This document shows, piece after piece, positions 1 to 10,749 of a stretch of 13,523 nt of DNA (position 1 is its first letter; each line of letters begins with the position of its first letter). This DNA comes from Galeopterus variegatus (lineage: Eukaryota), in the NCBI RefSeq assembly GCF_000696425.1, contig NW_007729415.1:5534-19056 (forward strand). The letters run 5' to 3'. The notes beneath the pieces were generated by a model. The model searched no databases, had not been told where the DNA came from, and saw nothing but the letters and a program-made list of their open reading frames with translations. Both the position numbers and the translations under genes were made by a program.

Positions 1-44
<44 letters not shown>
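1..44. repeat. (A)44 homopolymer, probably the poly-A tail of a retroelement lying upstream of the window
   Basis: 44 consecutive A. It is immediately followed by the T-rich tail of an oppositely oriented SINE. Confidence 0.6.
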
Positions 45-50
<6 letters not shown>

Positions 51-63
51 AAATTGGAAATTT

Positions 64-303
64 CTTTGTTTTTTTTTTTTTTTTCTTTTTGTCTTTTTTC
101 GTGTCCGGCAACGGATTGCAACCCTCAGTGTCGTGCCCGTACCGGACTAGGACCGGCAACGGGATCGCAACCCTCGGTGTTGCTCCTGCACCTTGCTCAG
201 CCAGTGAGCGGGAACCGGTCTGTATGTGGGATCCGAACCCTCGGCGGGAGCGCCACTGCACTCCCAAGTGGCGCACTGTAGCAGTGCGCCACCGGGCCGG
301 CCC
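64..303 (-). mobile_element. tRNA-derived SINE, trimeric (CYN-III-like, Dermoptera-type)
   Basis: The minus-strand read starts gggccggcccggtggcgc..., contains three B-box-like units (gagggttcggatccc, gagggttgcgatccc, gagggttgcaatcc) and ends in an A-rich tail (T-rich 64-100 on +). Confidence 0.75.
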
Positions 304-319
304 TTAGTTCTTGAGGTAC

Positions 320-445
320 TGCTATTCCCATTTTCCATGTGATAAAACCGAAGCAGAGAAGTAGGTTACTTGCCCTGGGTGTGTGGCCAGGCAGGGTGAG
401 GTGAGGCCAGAACTTGCACCCAGGTTCTAGGGCTTCTCCAGTAAA
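320..445 (-). mobile_element. MIR SINE fragment
   Basis: cccattttcc...gaagcagagaagtaggttacttgccctgggtgtgtggc matches the reverse complement of the MIR core. Confidence 0.5.
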
Positions 446-779
446 CTAAAGGACATCTACAGCCCTAGCAGAGATGCTTCTGCTACCCGTTTCAGGGAAG
501 GAAAAGAGTTGCTTTGCAGCTTAGAGAAGGTGTAGCAGGGCTTTGGCATTAACAGCAACTTGGGCTTCTCAGAAGAGCTTTCGTTATGTTTCTGAGGGAG
601 GGGTTAGTTTTCCTCTAGCCTCAAAGGAATGAATACAAAGACTCCTGGCCTCGAGCCTGAGGGCAGTGGCATCTCTTCACCTACGGAATCCTGCTGGTCC
701 CTTGTCTGGGCTGCACGAAGGAGCAGCTGGGGAGCAGACTGGGTAACCTTTGACCCTTACCTTCTCATCTTTGGCCCAG

Positions 780-874
780 GAGAAGAATGGCTGGTCACCT
801 CTGTGGGGGCATATCTCCCAGCAGTGTTTGAGGAGGTTCTGGATTTGGTGGATGCCGTGATCCTTACAGAAAAG
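780..874 (+). CDS. MVP: MVP coding exon (partial gene; first exon visible in window), encodes (G)[31 protein letters not shown]
   Basis: Translation matches the major vault protein repeat region. Acceptor ...ctcatctttggcccAG at 778-779, donor GTttgt at 875-876. Enters with 2 nt completing a Gly codon (the previous exon contributes the first nt) and ends in phase 0. Confidence 0.85.
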
Positions 875-1176
875 GTTTGTGCTCTGGCGGTGAGGGTTAA
901 GGGACCATGGGCTAGGGAATGCTCAGAGTGGCAGAGAATGGTGGCAGGTAACGTGAGAGTCAAAAGAGAGATATTTCTAGGGTCACTAATAAAAAATTCA
1001 GAGGTCAGATCACCTGAGGACTATTCTGGGTCATGTGAAAGGGTCAGACAGTCCTCCTGAGTTGGTAGATGTTTTCAGTCAGAACTGGTAGCATTTAGTA
1101 GCCAGTGGGATTCCCAGATCCCCCTGAAGAAAGTGGAGACAGGCTTACTCGAGCACCCCAACATCTCATTCTTCAG

Positions 1177-1413
1177 ACAGCCCTGCACCTCCGAGCTCGG
1201 CAGAACTTCCGAGACACGAGGGGAGTGGCCCGCCGCACGGGGGAGGAATGGCTGGTAACCGTGCGGGACACGGAGGCCCATGTGCCAGATGTCCATGAGG
1301 AGGTGCGGGGGGTCGTGCCCATTACCACCCTGGGCCCCCGCAACTACTGCGTGATCCTCGACCCAGTCGGACCAGATGGCAGGAACCAGCTGGGGCAAAA
1401 GCTCGTGGTCAAG
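1177..1413 (+). CDS. MVP: MVP coding exon, [79 protein letters not shown]
   Basis: Acceptor cttcAG at 1175-1176, donor GTgagc at 1414-1415. 237 nt, 79 codons, phase 0 to 0. Near-identical to the human MVP segment [43 protein letters not shown]. Confidence 0.9.
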
Positions 1414-1775
1414 GTGAGCTCCTCCTCCTGCCGAGAGGCCCACCCTGAGTGTGCGGGGCCCTGCATGCCAGGTACCATTCTAGAAACATCCCCTGTACCT
1501 TTGCACACTGAGTTCTGTGTGCCTGAGCACTGTCCCATTTGATCCCCAGGAAGCCTCCTATTACCCCTCAGGCCTCAAGTTACATGCCAGTTCCTCCCTG
1601 CCCCCCATACCCAGAGACCCCAAAACTCTCTCTCATATCTTACATCCATGTCCTGGAACCTTCATCATCCTGCATAAAACAAATGTCTTGGTTTACCCTC
1701 CCTGCCACCTCATCCCCTCTCTGAACTGTATCCCTGGGAATACCAGGGATTAGCAAACCTTTTCTGGAAGGTCTG

Positions 1776-1921
1776 GATAGTAGGCATTTTAGGCTTTTGG
1801 CGCCATATGGTTTATGTTGAAACTATCCAACTCTGCTGTTGTATCATGACAGCAGCATAGATGACCTGTAAACAAACGAGTCTGCTGTGTTCCTGTAATA
1901 TTGTATTTGCACAAACAACAG
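1776..1921 (+). mobile_element. older LINE-1 3'UTR-like element, 5' portion (continues at 2497-2545)
   Basis: ttttaggcttttggcgccatatggtttatgttgaaactatccaactctgctgttgtatcatgacagcagcatagatgacc...tgtgttcctgtaatattgtatttgcacaaacaacag resembles a conserved mammalian L1 3'UTR motif (ggccatatggtctctgtc...tgtgttccaataaaactttatttacaaaaacagg). Confidence 0.4.
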
Positions 1922-2384
1922 AAAGAATAGAAACAATCCATATGTCTATCAGTTGATGAATGGATTGAAACATCGTGGTATGTCCATGCAATGGAATATC
2001 ACCCAGCTATAAAAAGAAAGGGAGTGCTTTTATGTGCTACAACACAAATAAACTTGAAACATGGTGCTAAGTGAGAGAAGCCAGAGATAAAAGACCAAAT
2101 ATTGTATGATTCCATTTATATGAAATGTCCAGAATAGGAAAGTCCATAGAGAAAACAGATTAGTGGGGAGGGGCACAACTGCCATTAGGTACAGGGTTTC
2201 TTTTCAGGATGATGAAAATATTCTAGACTTTCATAGTAGTGATGGTTGGCCAACTTTGAATATACTGTACTAAAACAACTGAATTGTATACTCTAAATGG
2301 GTAAATTTTATATGTAGATTATATCTCAATTTTAAAAATGTAAGAAAGAAATACGTAATATATACATATATATATATATTTAAA
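1922..2384 (+). mobile_element. LINE-1 3' end (ORF2 C-terminal region plus 3'UTR plus AT-rich tail), 5'-truncated
   Basis: ccatatgtctatcagttgatgaatggattgaaacatcgtggtatgtccatgcaatggaatatcacccagctataaaaag matches the diagnostic L1 ORF2 end. It terminates in an (AT/A)-rich tail at 2351-2384. Confidence 0.75.
2351..2384. repeat. (AT/ATAC)n simple repeat (L1 tail)
   Basis: atacgtaatatatacatatatatatatatttaaa. Confidence 0.6.
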
Positions 2385-2485
2385 GGGCTGGCCAGTTAGC
2401 TCATTTGGGAGTGTGGCGCTGATAACACCAAGGTCAAGGGTTTGGATCCCGATATCAGCCAGCCGCCCAAAACAAAACAAAAAAA
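2385..2485 (+). mobile_element. tRNA-Ile-derived SINE monomer (CYN-I-like)
   Basis: gggctggccagttagctcatttgggagtgtggcgctgataacaccaaggtcaagggtttggatcccgatatcagccagccgcc closely follows the tRNA-Ile layout (A box, anticodon loop, B box). It has an A-rich tail and an imperfect TSD atatttaaag / atattttaaaag. Confidence 0.8.
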
Positions 2486-2496
2486 TATTTTAAAAG

Positions 2497-2545
2497 GTGG
2501 TTGGCCAGATTTGGCCCCCCAAAACAGAGTTTGCCAATCCCCGAA
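2497..2545 (+). mobile_element. older LINE-1 3'UTR-like element, 3' portion (continuation of 1776-1921)
   Basis: gtggttggccagatttggccccccaaaacagagtttgccaatccccg matches the ggccggatttggccc...gtagtttgccgacccctg tail of the same motif. It is contiguous with 1921 once the nested L1 and SINE are removed. Confidence 0.4.
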
Positions 2546-2839
2546 TTACACCATCCCAAGAAAACAAATCACAGGAGAAATGGAGAGGAGGAGTAGGTTA
2601 ATTCTTACCTGTTTAGCTTGTGAGGATCCAGGTCCTGCCAATTTACAGGCTCTTTCAAGGACAAGTTTGACCAGGTGGGATTCTGCAGGCATTTGTAGAG
2701 CCTCACTCCCACTTCACAGTATTGTGATGTGGGGGTGGGGTGTACTCTCCGCCTGCCATCCTCGACAGACCCGGGACAACATGGGGCTGGGGAGGTGCTA
2801 TCGGAGGCACCTGCGACCTAACCTCACATCTCCCACTAG

Positions 2840-3121
2840 GGAGAGAAGTCTTTCTTCCTCCAGCCAGGGGAGAGGCTGGAACGAGGCATCCAGAATGTAT
2901 ATGTGCTATCGGAGCAGCAGGGACTGCTGCTGAGGGCCCTGCAGCCCCTGGAGGAGGGGGAGGACAAGGAGAAGGTCTCATGCCAGGCTGGGGACCGCTG
3001 GCTCATCCGCGGGCCCCTGGAGTATGTGCCGTCTGCCAAGGTGGAGGTGGTGGAAGAGCGACAGGCCATCCCTCTGGACGAGAACGAGGGCATCTATGTG
3101 CAGGACGTCAAGACCGGCAGG
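2840..3121 (+). CDS. MVP: MVP coding exon, [94 protein letters not shown]
   Basis: In-frame TAG at 2837-2839 overlaps the acceptor AG (2838-2839). Donor GTaaca at 3122-3123. 282 nt, 94 codons. Matches human [34 protein letters not shown]...[10 protein letters not shown]. Confidence 0.9.
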
Positions 3122-3659
3122 GTAACAGCTGAGGGATGGGCGGCTGTTGATGCTGTGTGGCCATGTGGTGGCTTCCTCTGGGCAAGCGGGGTGACGCTGA
3201 TGGGGAGAGGTACACGGTTGGGGGTGGGGGGACTTCAACAGCCTCAATAGCTGCATCTAGTGGACTGGCCAGTAGGTGTGAGGGTATTCTAAGGAATATT
3301 GACCATCCCTTTGTCTTAAATATCTAATTTCAAATTTTAGAAACTCCAACTGGGAGTATGAGCTGGGTTTTAGGATGGGGACTCTGCCCCCACTGCAAAT
3401 CTGGCCCCCAGCATAAAGGTCTGACTAGGACGTGGCCTAGGAGCAATAAGAAACTCCTCCCCCATGCCTGTATCCTGGTGGAATCTTTCCTTTTTGCTAC
3501 TTCACCTAAAACCTTGACCTTGGTTTGACCTCTTCAACCTCTTTCTCCTAGAATCCAACCTAGAAGTACAGCTCAGCCTCCTAGGGGATGTTAGCGTATG
3601 CTCTTTCCATCCTAGGGTGGCATCTGTCCCTGCAATCCCCTCCAAGCTGCCCCGTGAAA

Positions 3660-3870
3660 GAAGATTCTAGAAATAATATCAAGCACTTACTATATGCCAA
3701 GTGCAATTTTTGAACTAGACATGTGAAATGTCATTCATTCCTCAACCATATGGAGTAGCACTGTTGTGTCCATTTTACAGATGGGGGAACCAAAGCAGGG
3801 GGTGAAATAGCTGGCCCAAGGTGACAGCAGAGGCCAAACCCAAGACTGAGCCAGCCTTGCCCCAGAGGCC
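3660..3870 (-). mobile_element. MIR SINE
   Basis: agcacttactatatgccaagtgc...gtccattttacagatgggggaaccaaagcagg...ctggcccaaggtgacagcagaggc matches the reverse complement of the MIR consensus. Confidence 0.65.
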
Positions 3871-3987
3871 ATGTTTAGCCACAATGCTGTACCACCCCCT
3901 GGACCGGTTCTGCTCCAGGGCCACTGGGGGTGTCTTTCTCCCTCTCGCTCTCATTCGTGATGTCCTTCCCTGTCCTCTTCTGTCAAG

Positions 3988-4232
3988 GTGCGCTCTGTGA
4001 TTGGGAGCACCTACATGCTGACCCAGGACGAGGTCCTGTGGGAGAAGGAGCTGCCCCCAGGGGTGGAGGAGCTACTGAATAAGGCGCAGGACCCTCTGGC
4101 CGACCGGGGTGAGAACAGCACACGCAAGAGCCTGCAGCCCTCAGCTCCCCGGAACAAGACCCGCGTGGTCAGCTACCGTGTCCCCCACAACGCCGCTGTG
4201 CAGGTGTACGACTACAGAGAGAAGAGAGCTCG
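3988..4232 (+). CDS. MVP: MVP coding exon, [81 protein letters not shown](R)
   Basis: Acceptor tgtcaAG at 3986-3987, donor cgGTgagg at 4233-4234. 245 nt, ending with 2 nt of an Arg codon that is completed by c at 4302. Confidence 0.9.
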
Positions 4233-4301
4233 GTGAGGAGCTGGCCTGGTGGGGTGTGGGCGGAGAGGCCCCCACGGGTCTGACCCCGGCTCTTTCTGCA
4301 G

Positions 4302-4499
4302 CGTGGTCTTTGGACCCGAGCTGGTGTCTCTGGGTCCCGAGGAGCAGTTCACAGTGTTATCCCTCTCGGCCGGGCGGCCCAAGCGTCCCCATGCCCGCCG
4401 TGCACTCTGCCTGCTGCTCGGACCAGACTTCTTCACAGACGTCATCACCATCGAGACAGCAGACCATGCCAGGCTGCAGCTGCAGCTCGCCTACAACTG
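4302..4499 (+). CDS. MVP: MVP coding exon, (R)[65 protein letters not shown](W)
   Basis: Acceptor tctttctgcAG at 4300-4301 after a 69-nt intron. Donor tgGTgagg at 4500-4501. 198 nt. Identical to the human MVP segment. Confidence 0.9.
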
Positions 4500-4744
4500 G
4501 TGAGGGTGGCAGCGGGCCCAGGAAAGGAAGAGAGGGGCCTCCTGGAGAGCCGGGCTCCCAGCGAGGGCAGAACGCCCGACTCCATGCCCTGCTTGGGAGG
4601 GCACCCAGGAGTTCAAGCAAATCCAGGAGAGCCGGTAGCAGGACACTGCCCCAGCTAAACTCCCAGCATGTGTGTGGCCACATGCTTAAGAGCAAGGTTT
4701 TGAAAAGAGCAGTGAGACACACCAGCCGTGCTGCTCACTAACTG

Positions 4745-4860
4745 TGGACCTGGCACTTTCCTCAGTTTCCCTATCTGTAAAATGAGGATGACGACATCTT
4801 CGCCTTTCAAGGCTGTTGAAGGGATGCAGTGAGGATTAGAACAGTGGCCCGTATGAGGTG
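4745..4860 (+). mobile_element. MIR SINE fragment
   Basis: cctcagtttccctatctgtaaaatgaggat...gtgaggattagaacagtg matches the MIR core. Confidence 0.55.
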
Positions 4861-5029
4861 AGAGCTTGGCAGCAGCTACTAGAGTGAGGTGAGATCAGTC
4901 ACTTGCAGCAATACCGCTTGCCAGCCCCCAAGCATGTGTTCCTCACCACCTGGCTGAGCGTGGCTGGCAGCAGAACAAAGGCAGGTGGGCTGCTGACCCT
5001 CTGGGGTACCACAGCATCATAATTAGTGC

Positions 5030-5200
5030 ACAGACCCAAGCCAGACTGCCTGGGCTCAGGTTTCTGGCTTGCCACATACTGTGTAACCCTGGGCCAAGTA
5101 CATACCTCTCTGGACCTCTGTTTCCTCATCTGTAGAATGGGGGTGATGCTCATCCCCAGCTCATAGGGTGGCCAACTCAGGGTAAATGGGAACGTGTCTT
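5030..5200 (+). mobile_element. MIR SINE
   Basis: ccagactgcctgggctcagg...ctgggccaagtacatacctctctggacctctgtttcctcatctgtagaatggggg matches the MIR core. Confidence 0.6.
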
Positions 5201-5351
5201 AAGCTTTTTAGGCCCTTACCAGGCACAGATTAGCATTCTCCATTGTAAGAGACCCTGTCCAGCCACAGATGGTGGATGTTGAAGTCCTCGAAGATAGTTG
5301 CTGTTTCCTGGGGGAAAACAGCTTCCTCACTCTGAGCCTCTTTGCTCACAG

Positions 5352-5738
5352 GCACTTTGAGGTGAGTGACCGGAGGGACCCCCAAGAGGCGGCCAAGCTC
5401 TTCTCAGTGCCTGACTTCGTGGGTGATGCCTGCAAGGCCATCGCATCCCGGGTGCGGGGGGCCGTGGCATCCGTCACCTTTGATGACTTCCATAAGAATT
5501 CAGCCCGCATCATCCGCACAGCCGTCTTTGGCTTTGAGACCTCAGAAGCCAAGAGCACTGATGGCACCGGCCTGCTCAAGCCCCGGGACCAGGCCATCTT
5601 CCCCCAAAATGGGCTGGTGGTCAGCAGCGTGGATGTGCAGTCAGTCGAGCCTGTGGACCAGAGGACCCGGGATGCCCTGCAGCGCAGCGTCCAGCTGGCC
5701 ATCGAGATCACCACCAACTCCCAGGAGGCAGCAGCCAA
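5352..5738 (+). CDS. MVP: MVP coding exon, (W)[128 protein letters not shown](K)
   Basis: Acceptor ctttgctcacAG at 5350-5351, donor aaGTgagt at 5739-5740. 387 nt. The Trp codon is split tg|g, and the final Lys codon is split aa|g, completed at 6546. Confidence 0.9.
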
Positions 5739-6545
5739 GTGAGTGAGGCTTCGGGCCCAGCTGCGCTCAATGCAAACCACACCTCTCCAGCATCCCCATC
5801 TCAGCCACTGCCAGGACCTGGATAACATGGCTTCCCCTAGTGGTCTGCCTGCTGCCATCCCTGCCTCCAAGGATCTAGTCTCTGCCCTACAGAGAATGAC
5901 CCACTTCCAGTGTGAAGTAGATGCCAGCCCTGCTCCTGGGCCTCCCCTACTGCTCATGATAAAACCTGGACTCTTGTCTGTGGCCTGCCAGGCACCGCAG
6001 GGTCCAGCGGCCTCCCCCGCCCCGCCTTCCAGGCTTCTCCCCTGGCTGACATGCTCCAGCCCTGCCAGTGCCCTCTGCATCTCAAGCACACAGCTGGTTC
6101 CCACTTTAAGGCCTTTGCACAGGCTGTTCCTGCTGCCCAGAAAGCTCTTCCCTAGAGTGCCTCTCAAGGCAGGCTCCTCCTGGCCTCAGCCCTGAGGTCA
6201 CCTCCTTGGAGAGCCCTTTCCTTTCTCTCTCAACTGAATAGTGCCCAGTCACCCATTTTAGTACCTTCAAGGGACATGTCGCTGTTTGCAGTCATTCTTG
6301 CTTGCTTGTTTTTTTCCCACTGGAAGGCAAGTTGGCGAAAGCAGAGGCCTCGATCCCGCCCACGTTCCCCCGGCCTAGAACCACACCGACCTGCAGCTAC
6401 ACTGCTCTGAGCTGAGTTGCATGACGAGATCCTTCCAGGGGCCAGGGCTGTCCAGGGGAAATGATGGACTGGCGGTCCCTGCCCTTGGTGCTCCTGTTTC
6501 AGCTCTGGCCCCATGCCAGCATCTTACCTGTCCTCCCTCATGCAG

Positions 6546-6662
6546 GCACGAGGCTCAGAGGCTCGAGCAGGAAGCCCGTGGCCGGCTCGAGAGGCAGAAG
6601 ATCTTGGACCAATCGGAGGCTGAGAAGGCTCGTAGGGAGCTCTTGGAGCTGGAGGCTCTGAG
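6546..6662 (+). CDS. MVP: MVP coding exon (cap-helix region), (K)[38 protein letters not shown](S)
   Basis: Acceptor cctcatgcAG at 6544-6545, donor agGTgggt at 6663-6664. 117 nt. Confidence 0.88.
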
Positions 6663-6841
6663 GTGGGTCGCCAACAAGAGGAGGAAAACGCTGGCGAGGG
6701 CTTGGGGGCTGGGAAAAGCTGCTGACGGGAGCAGCGGGGGGTGTGCGTGTGAGTGCTGCTCTGCTATGAGTCAAGGCCCAGGCCACGGGAGGGCAGGGCT
6801 TCTCCCTGGGTGTCACCTGCCTCTGCTGCCGTCTCCTCCAG

Positions 6842-6968
6842 CATGGTTGTGGAGAGCACCGGGACTGCCAAGGCAGAGGCCGAGTCCCGTGCAGAGGCGG
6901 CGCGGATTGAGGGAGAAGGCTCCGTGCTACAGGCCAAGCTGAAAGCACAGGCCTTGGCCATCGAAACG
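6842..6968 (+). CDS. MVP: MVP coding exon, (S)[42 protein letters not shown]
   Basis: Acceptor gtctcctccAG at 6840-6841, donor acgGTgagt at 6969-6970. 127 nt. The Ser codon ag|c spans the 179-nt intron. Confidence 0.88.
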
Positions 6969-7059
6969 GTGAGTGAGGGATGCCTGTGGACGGGTGCAGA
7001 GTTGGGGCCTGGACTACAGTCCCTGAAGCAGAGTCGGATAGCAAGCACCCTGCAGTTTA

Positions 7060-7709
<650 letters not shown>

Positions 7710-8030
7710 TGAGGGAAGGGAAAGTGGACCGTCCTTGTGCCATGTGCCATGCTCACTGTGTTATCTGAGCATGGCGTCACACTGTCACCATCAGACCCTG
7801 CACTAGACTCGGCAGTGAGCTGGAGCTCCCGGGGAGACAGTACACAGATAGGACATTGTCTATGACAGGTGCTTTGAAGGAAGTCAAACAGGGTGATCAG
7901 ATGAAGGGGTGGATGACACTTCAAATCAGTTAGGGTCACTCTGAACCTGGACTCCCTAGAGAGGTAGCTGAGATGACAGAAGTGACCAGATCCGACCTTG
8001 TCTTCTTGCCGCCTCTTCTTTCCTCTCCAG

Positions 8031-8249
8031 GTAAAACTGCTGCAGTCCCTGGGCCTGAAATCAACCCTCATCACCGACGGCTCCACTCCCATCAACCTCT
8101 TCCACACAGCCATGGGGCTGCTGGGGCTAGGGTCTGAGGCTCAGCCTGCAGCCAGGAAGGCAGCTGGCATGCCCGCTCCCCAGGGGGGCTTGCCTCTCCA
8201 GTCCCTTCCTGTCCCTCAGTCTCCTGGAAGCAACCAGATTGTGCCTTAG
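8031..8249 (+). CDS. MVP: MVP terminal coding exon, [72 protein letters not shown]
   Basis: Acceptor ttcctctccAG at 8029-8030. Stop TAG at 8247-8249. The first 30 aa match human MVP; the disordered tail diverges. Confidence 0.88.
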   Translation, partial: VKLLQSLGLKSTLITDGSTPINLFHTAMGLLGLGSEAQPAARKAAGMPAPQGGLPLQSLPVPQSPGSNQIVP

Positions 8250-8274
8250 CTCTCTACTGCACTGGCCACTGGCA

Positions 8275-8280
8275 AATAAA
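8275..8280 (+). promoter_or_regulatory. MVP: polyadenylation signal AATAAA for MVP
   Basis: Canonical AATAAA sits 26 nt after the stop codon. A T/GT-rich stretch follows (ctgacgtttctgggcattt). The implied 3'UTR is about 45-55 nt. Confidence 0.7.
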
Positions 8281-8394
8281 ACTGACGTTTCTGGGCATTT
8301 AAATCCTTTTCTGTAGTCTCAGTCTGGGTCACAGGGAGCTTAATGGTGGGGCGGGAGGGGGGAAGTACTCCTGAATCCTGAATAGTTACTAGAG

Positions 8395-8470
8395 ACTACT
8401 CTCATCTGTAAAGTGGAGAGGAAACTGAGGCAGCGAGAAGACTAAGCCAAGGTCACTCTGATAGCAATGT
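8395..8470 (-). mobile_element. MIR fragment
   Basis: agtggagaggaaactgaggcagcgagaagactaagccaaggtcactc matches the reverse complement of the MIR core. Confidence 0.4.
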
Positions 8471-9079
8471 TACCCAAAGCCTTACCCACAAAGCCAGCTG
8501 TCCTTTCGGACCTAGCATTCCTAGGTCCTAGGTGGGGAGATGATGCTCTGCCTGGCCAGCCCCTCTGGGATGGCTCCCGCACTCACAGAATCTCCCTGCC
8601 AATTCCTCCCGGAACCCAGCTTGGCCGGGAGTTCCCTGCAGCTGCGGGAGAGCCACTCGGCTGCGTATTCGGGAGGCTTCCTCTGGCGCCATCTGCTGGT
8701 CGCACCAGCAGCACCACCACAGGCCTGCACCCTGCGCCTGCGCACTCGTCCCTTCTCAGATGGGGATGTCAGATTGGGCGGGAACACCCTGCCCAGGGGC
8801 AGTAGGAACTGGAGCGGCCCCCTGGGCTCCTAGTCTGAACTCTTCGGGAGCATTGAGAGATGACTGCCCCCTTCCCACCCTCCCCCACAACTAGTAAGGG
8901 ACCTTCATTTGGGAGAAAGATCCAGGTGCAATCAGCCTTGGCGTACCAGTGGAGGCTGCAAGGTGCACCAGCCCTTGGGCACAGGTAGGGCTATAGGTGC
9001 CAGGCCTTGCCTGGTCTCTGAGGAAGTAAAAAGATCCCAGGGGTGGAGAGAAAAGCCTGGGCTTCCTCACTGGCTACAG

Positions 9080-9175
9080 AAGAAAACTCAACCTCTCTCA
9101 TCTTTTTCCGTCTGTGAAATGGGCAATTCCCCTACTGGGCAGGGTTGGTGCAAAGTGCAAATGTAATGACTCTTT
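9080..9175 (+). mobile_element. MIR fragment
   Basis: ctcaacctctctcatctttttccgtctgtgaaatgggcaattcccctactgggcagggttggtg matches the MIR core. Confidence 0.45.
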
Positions 9176-9439
9176 TTTAGGGTCTTATTCCTTTTCCCTC
9201 AGTGGGGCCTGACCCCATCAGTCTTGTTTCTTTCCAAGTTGAGTTGCATTTGTGTGGCCAGTGGCTCCACTTGAGTAGGAGCTTGCTGAGGCCAGGGACT
9301 GTGTATTCAGCCCACAGCATTTGGTGGTGCTGGCTCAGTGTTTATGGAATAGGCAAGTGTATCAGCCCCTAACCACCACCACCCCCATCTTCCCTCAAGA
9401 GCTAATTAATTTAAAGCTGTTCATCTGGTACCTGGCTGG

Positions 9440-10745
9440 GGACGAGTGACCAAAGCAGGCAAGCGTGTCCATGGTGAGTTTGTTCCTCCGTCTTGGCCAC
9501 CAACTCACATGGCCACCCTTGACTTTGCTTGCCATTACTAATAACCACATCACCTCTGAGACCTCATCTCCTGCTGCCCCCACCCTTGCCTTCCACCAAC
9601 CATTCCTCCAGCTTAAGGCTTCAGCATCCTTGACCCCAGCCACTTTCTCAACTTCAACAAACCTTTTCATTTCAGCCTTGCCCAGCTTAGATTCTGTCAT
9701 CTGTCCATGTAATTTACTCCCTGGAAGCCTCTCCTAACTCCCTCACCTTCCCCTCCCCTGTGATGCTTAGTGGAAAAAGCCCCACCGCTTCTTAAACCAC
9801 CTCACTCCCTCTGTGCTGCCCCTGACCAGCTGCTCGGTGCTGGGGGAGGACGTCCCATGGAGCCGACTGATCTCATTTCAAGCTCCTGGCAACACATTGG
9901 AGGGGAGGCCTAGCTCCTCTGACTGCACTCCTCTCCCTGCAGGATCCCCTTCAAAACAATCTCCTCATTCCCCAACCTCCTCCACCCCTGCCCACTTTCT
10001 TAAATTGGGCAGGAAGTCCCTCCCCTTCCCAGCGCAAATCTAATCCACATCTGGACTCTACCCTCCCTCCTGTTCCAAGAACTCCTTCCCTTGGGCTCTA
10101 GATCGCAGCCCTCCCAAGTTCTCGAGAGCTACACTGCCACCTTGGCCACCTTCCTCTCCTGCCCTGCTGTCACCTGTGTATAACTCTCTCCCATATAAAA
10201 CCAAGAAAACTCTCCCTCAACCCCACATATTCCCCTCCAACTCCCATCTCTCCTCTCTTTTTCCTTCACAGCCGGCTTGTTCCAGAGTTCTCCGTGGTCT
10301 CGGTTTCCACTCCTTACTTCTCACTATCTCTTCAACCCACTCCAGTTAGCTTCCGCCTCCGCTCCTTATTTTATGGAAACTGCTGTAATTGGCATCATCA
10401 GTGATGTCCTGTTGTTAAACCTAGTAGTTCAGCCTCCCCCATCATCAGGCACAGCTGGCTGCCCTCCTTCCTCACAGGGCCCTGTGATATCACCTCTTCT
10501 GGTTTTCTTTCTACCTCACCGGCTGCTCCTCGGTCGGCTCCATCTTCTCTGCTCAGCCTCTAAGTCGTGGGTTTCCCTAGGCCCTTTTCTCTCACCAACT
10601 TTCTGGGCCAGTCTCATGACTTTAGATCATTTCTATACTGTTGACTTCAAAAGCCATTTCTCCAGCCCTGATCTCACTCCTGAGATCTGGACTCCTTTCC
10701 AATTGATCACCTGATGTCTCCACATGGATGTCCAATGGCCATCAG
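9440..10745 (+). mobile_element. probable ancient LINE-2-derived fragments (CT-rich, degraded)
   Basis: ctccctggaagcctctcctaactccc (about 9718-9743) resembles L2 tcagggaggccttccctgaccaccc. tctccagccctgatctcactcctgagatctggactcc...gatgtctccacatggatgtccaatggccatcagg (10658-10747) resembles L2 tctccagccctgatctc...gacatctccacttggatgtctcacaggcacc. The assignment is from memory. Confidence 0.3.
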
Positions 10746-10749
10746 GCTT

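Noticed and set aside
100-305. tRNA-like sequences (also 2385-2460 and 11400-11537) considered as genuine tRNA genes
   Set aside because: Their acceptor stems are degenerate and their anticodon regions mutated. They have A-rich tails and TSDs, and they exist as tandem multimers. They are SINE retroposons, not functional tRNA genes.
629-779. Upstream part of ORF 629-1060 as possible additional MVP coding sequence
   Set aside because: Its translation ([38 protein letters not shown]…) has no similarity to MVP. A strong polypyrimidine-AG acceptor at 778-779 marks the true exon start, so the upstream part is intron.
2703-3256. Minus-strand ORFs (2703-2981, 2836-3093, 2978-3256) opposite the third MVP exon in this window (2840-3121)
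   Set aside because: These are antisense to a high-GC coding exon and are Pro/Ala/Ser-rich. This is the expected artefact of codon-biased sense sequence.
4109-4741. 210-aa plus-strand ORF spanning two MVP exons and their introns in an alternate frame
   Set aside because: It is out of frame with the MVP exons and runs through intronic sequence. It is Pro/Ser/Gly/Arg-rich and low-complexity. This is a GC-content artefact.
5346-6167. 273-aa minus-strand ORF antisense to an MVP exon and the adjacent intron
   Set aside because: It overlaps a well-supported sense exon. Its composition is Ser/Ala/Leu/Arg/Trp-rich, typical of random GC-rich sequence. It has no recognisable domain and starts at a non-conserved position. 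This is an antisense artefact.
8467-8833. GC-rich block with overlapping ORFs on both strands just downstream of MVP; considered as a CpG island or small gene
   Set aside because: Rough counting gives ~14 CpG in ~330 bp, about 65% GC and a CpG observed/expected near 0.4, which is below island criteria. The ORFs overlap each other in different frames and have no protein-like composition. It is left as unannotated intergenic sequence.
9395-9700. 101-aa minus-strand ORF and 145-aa plus-strand ORF (10277-10714) in the intergenic region
   Set aside because: They lie within CT-rich degraded repeat sequence (L2-like). They have low-complexity composition and no splice or promoter context.
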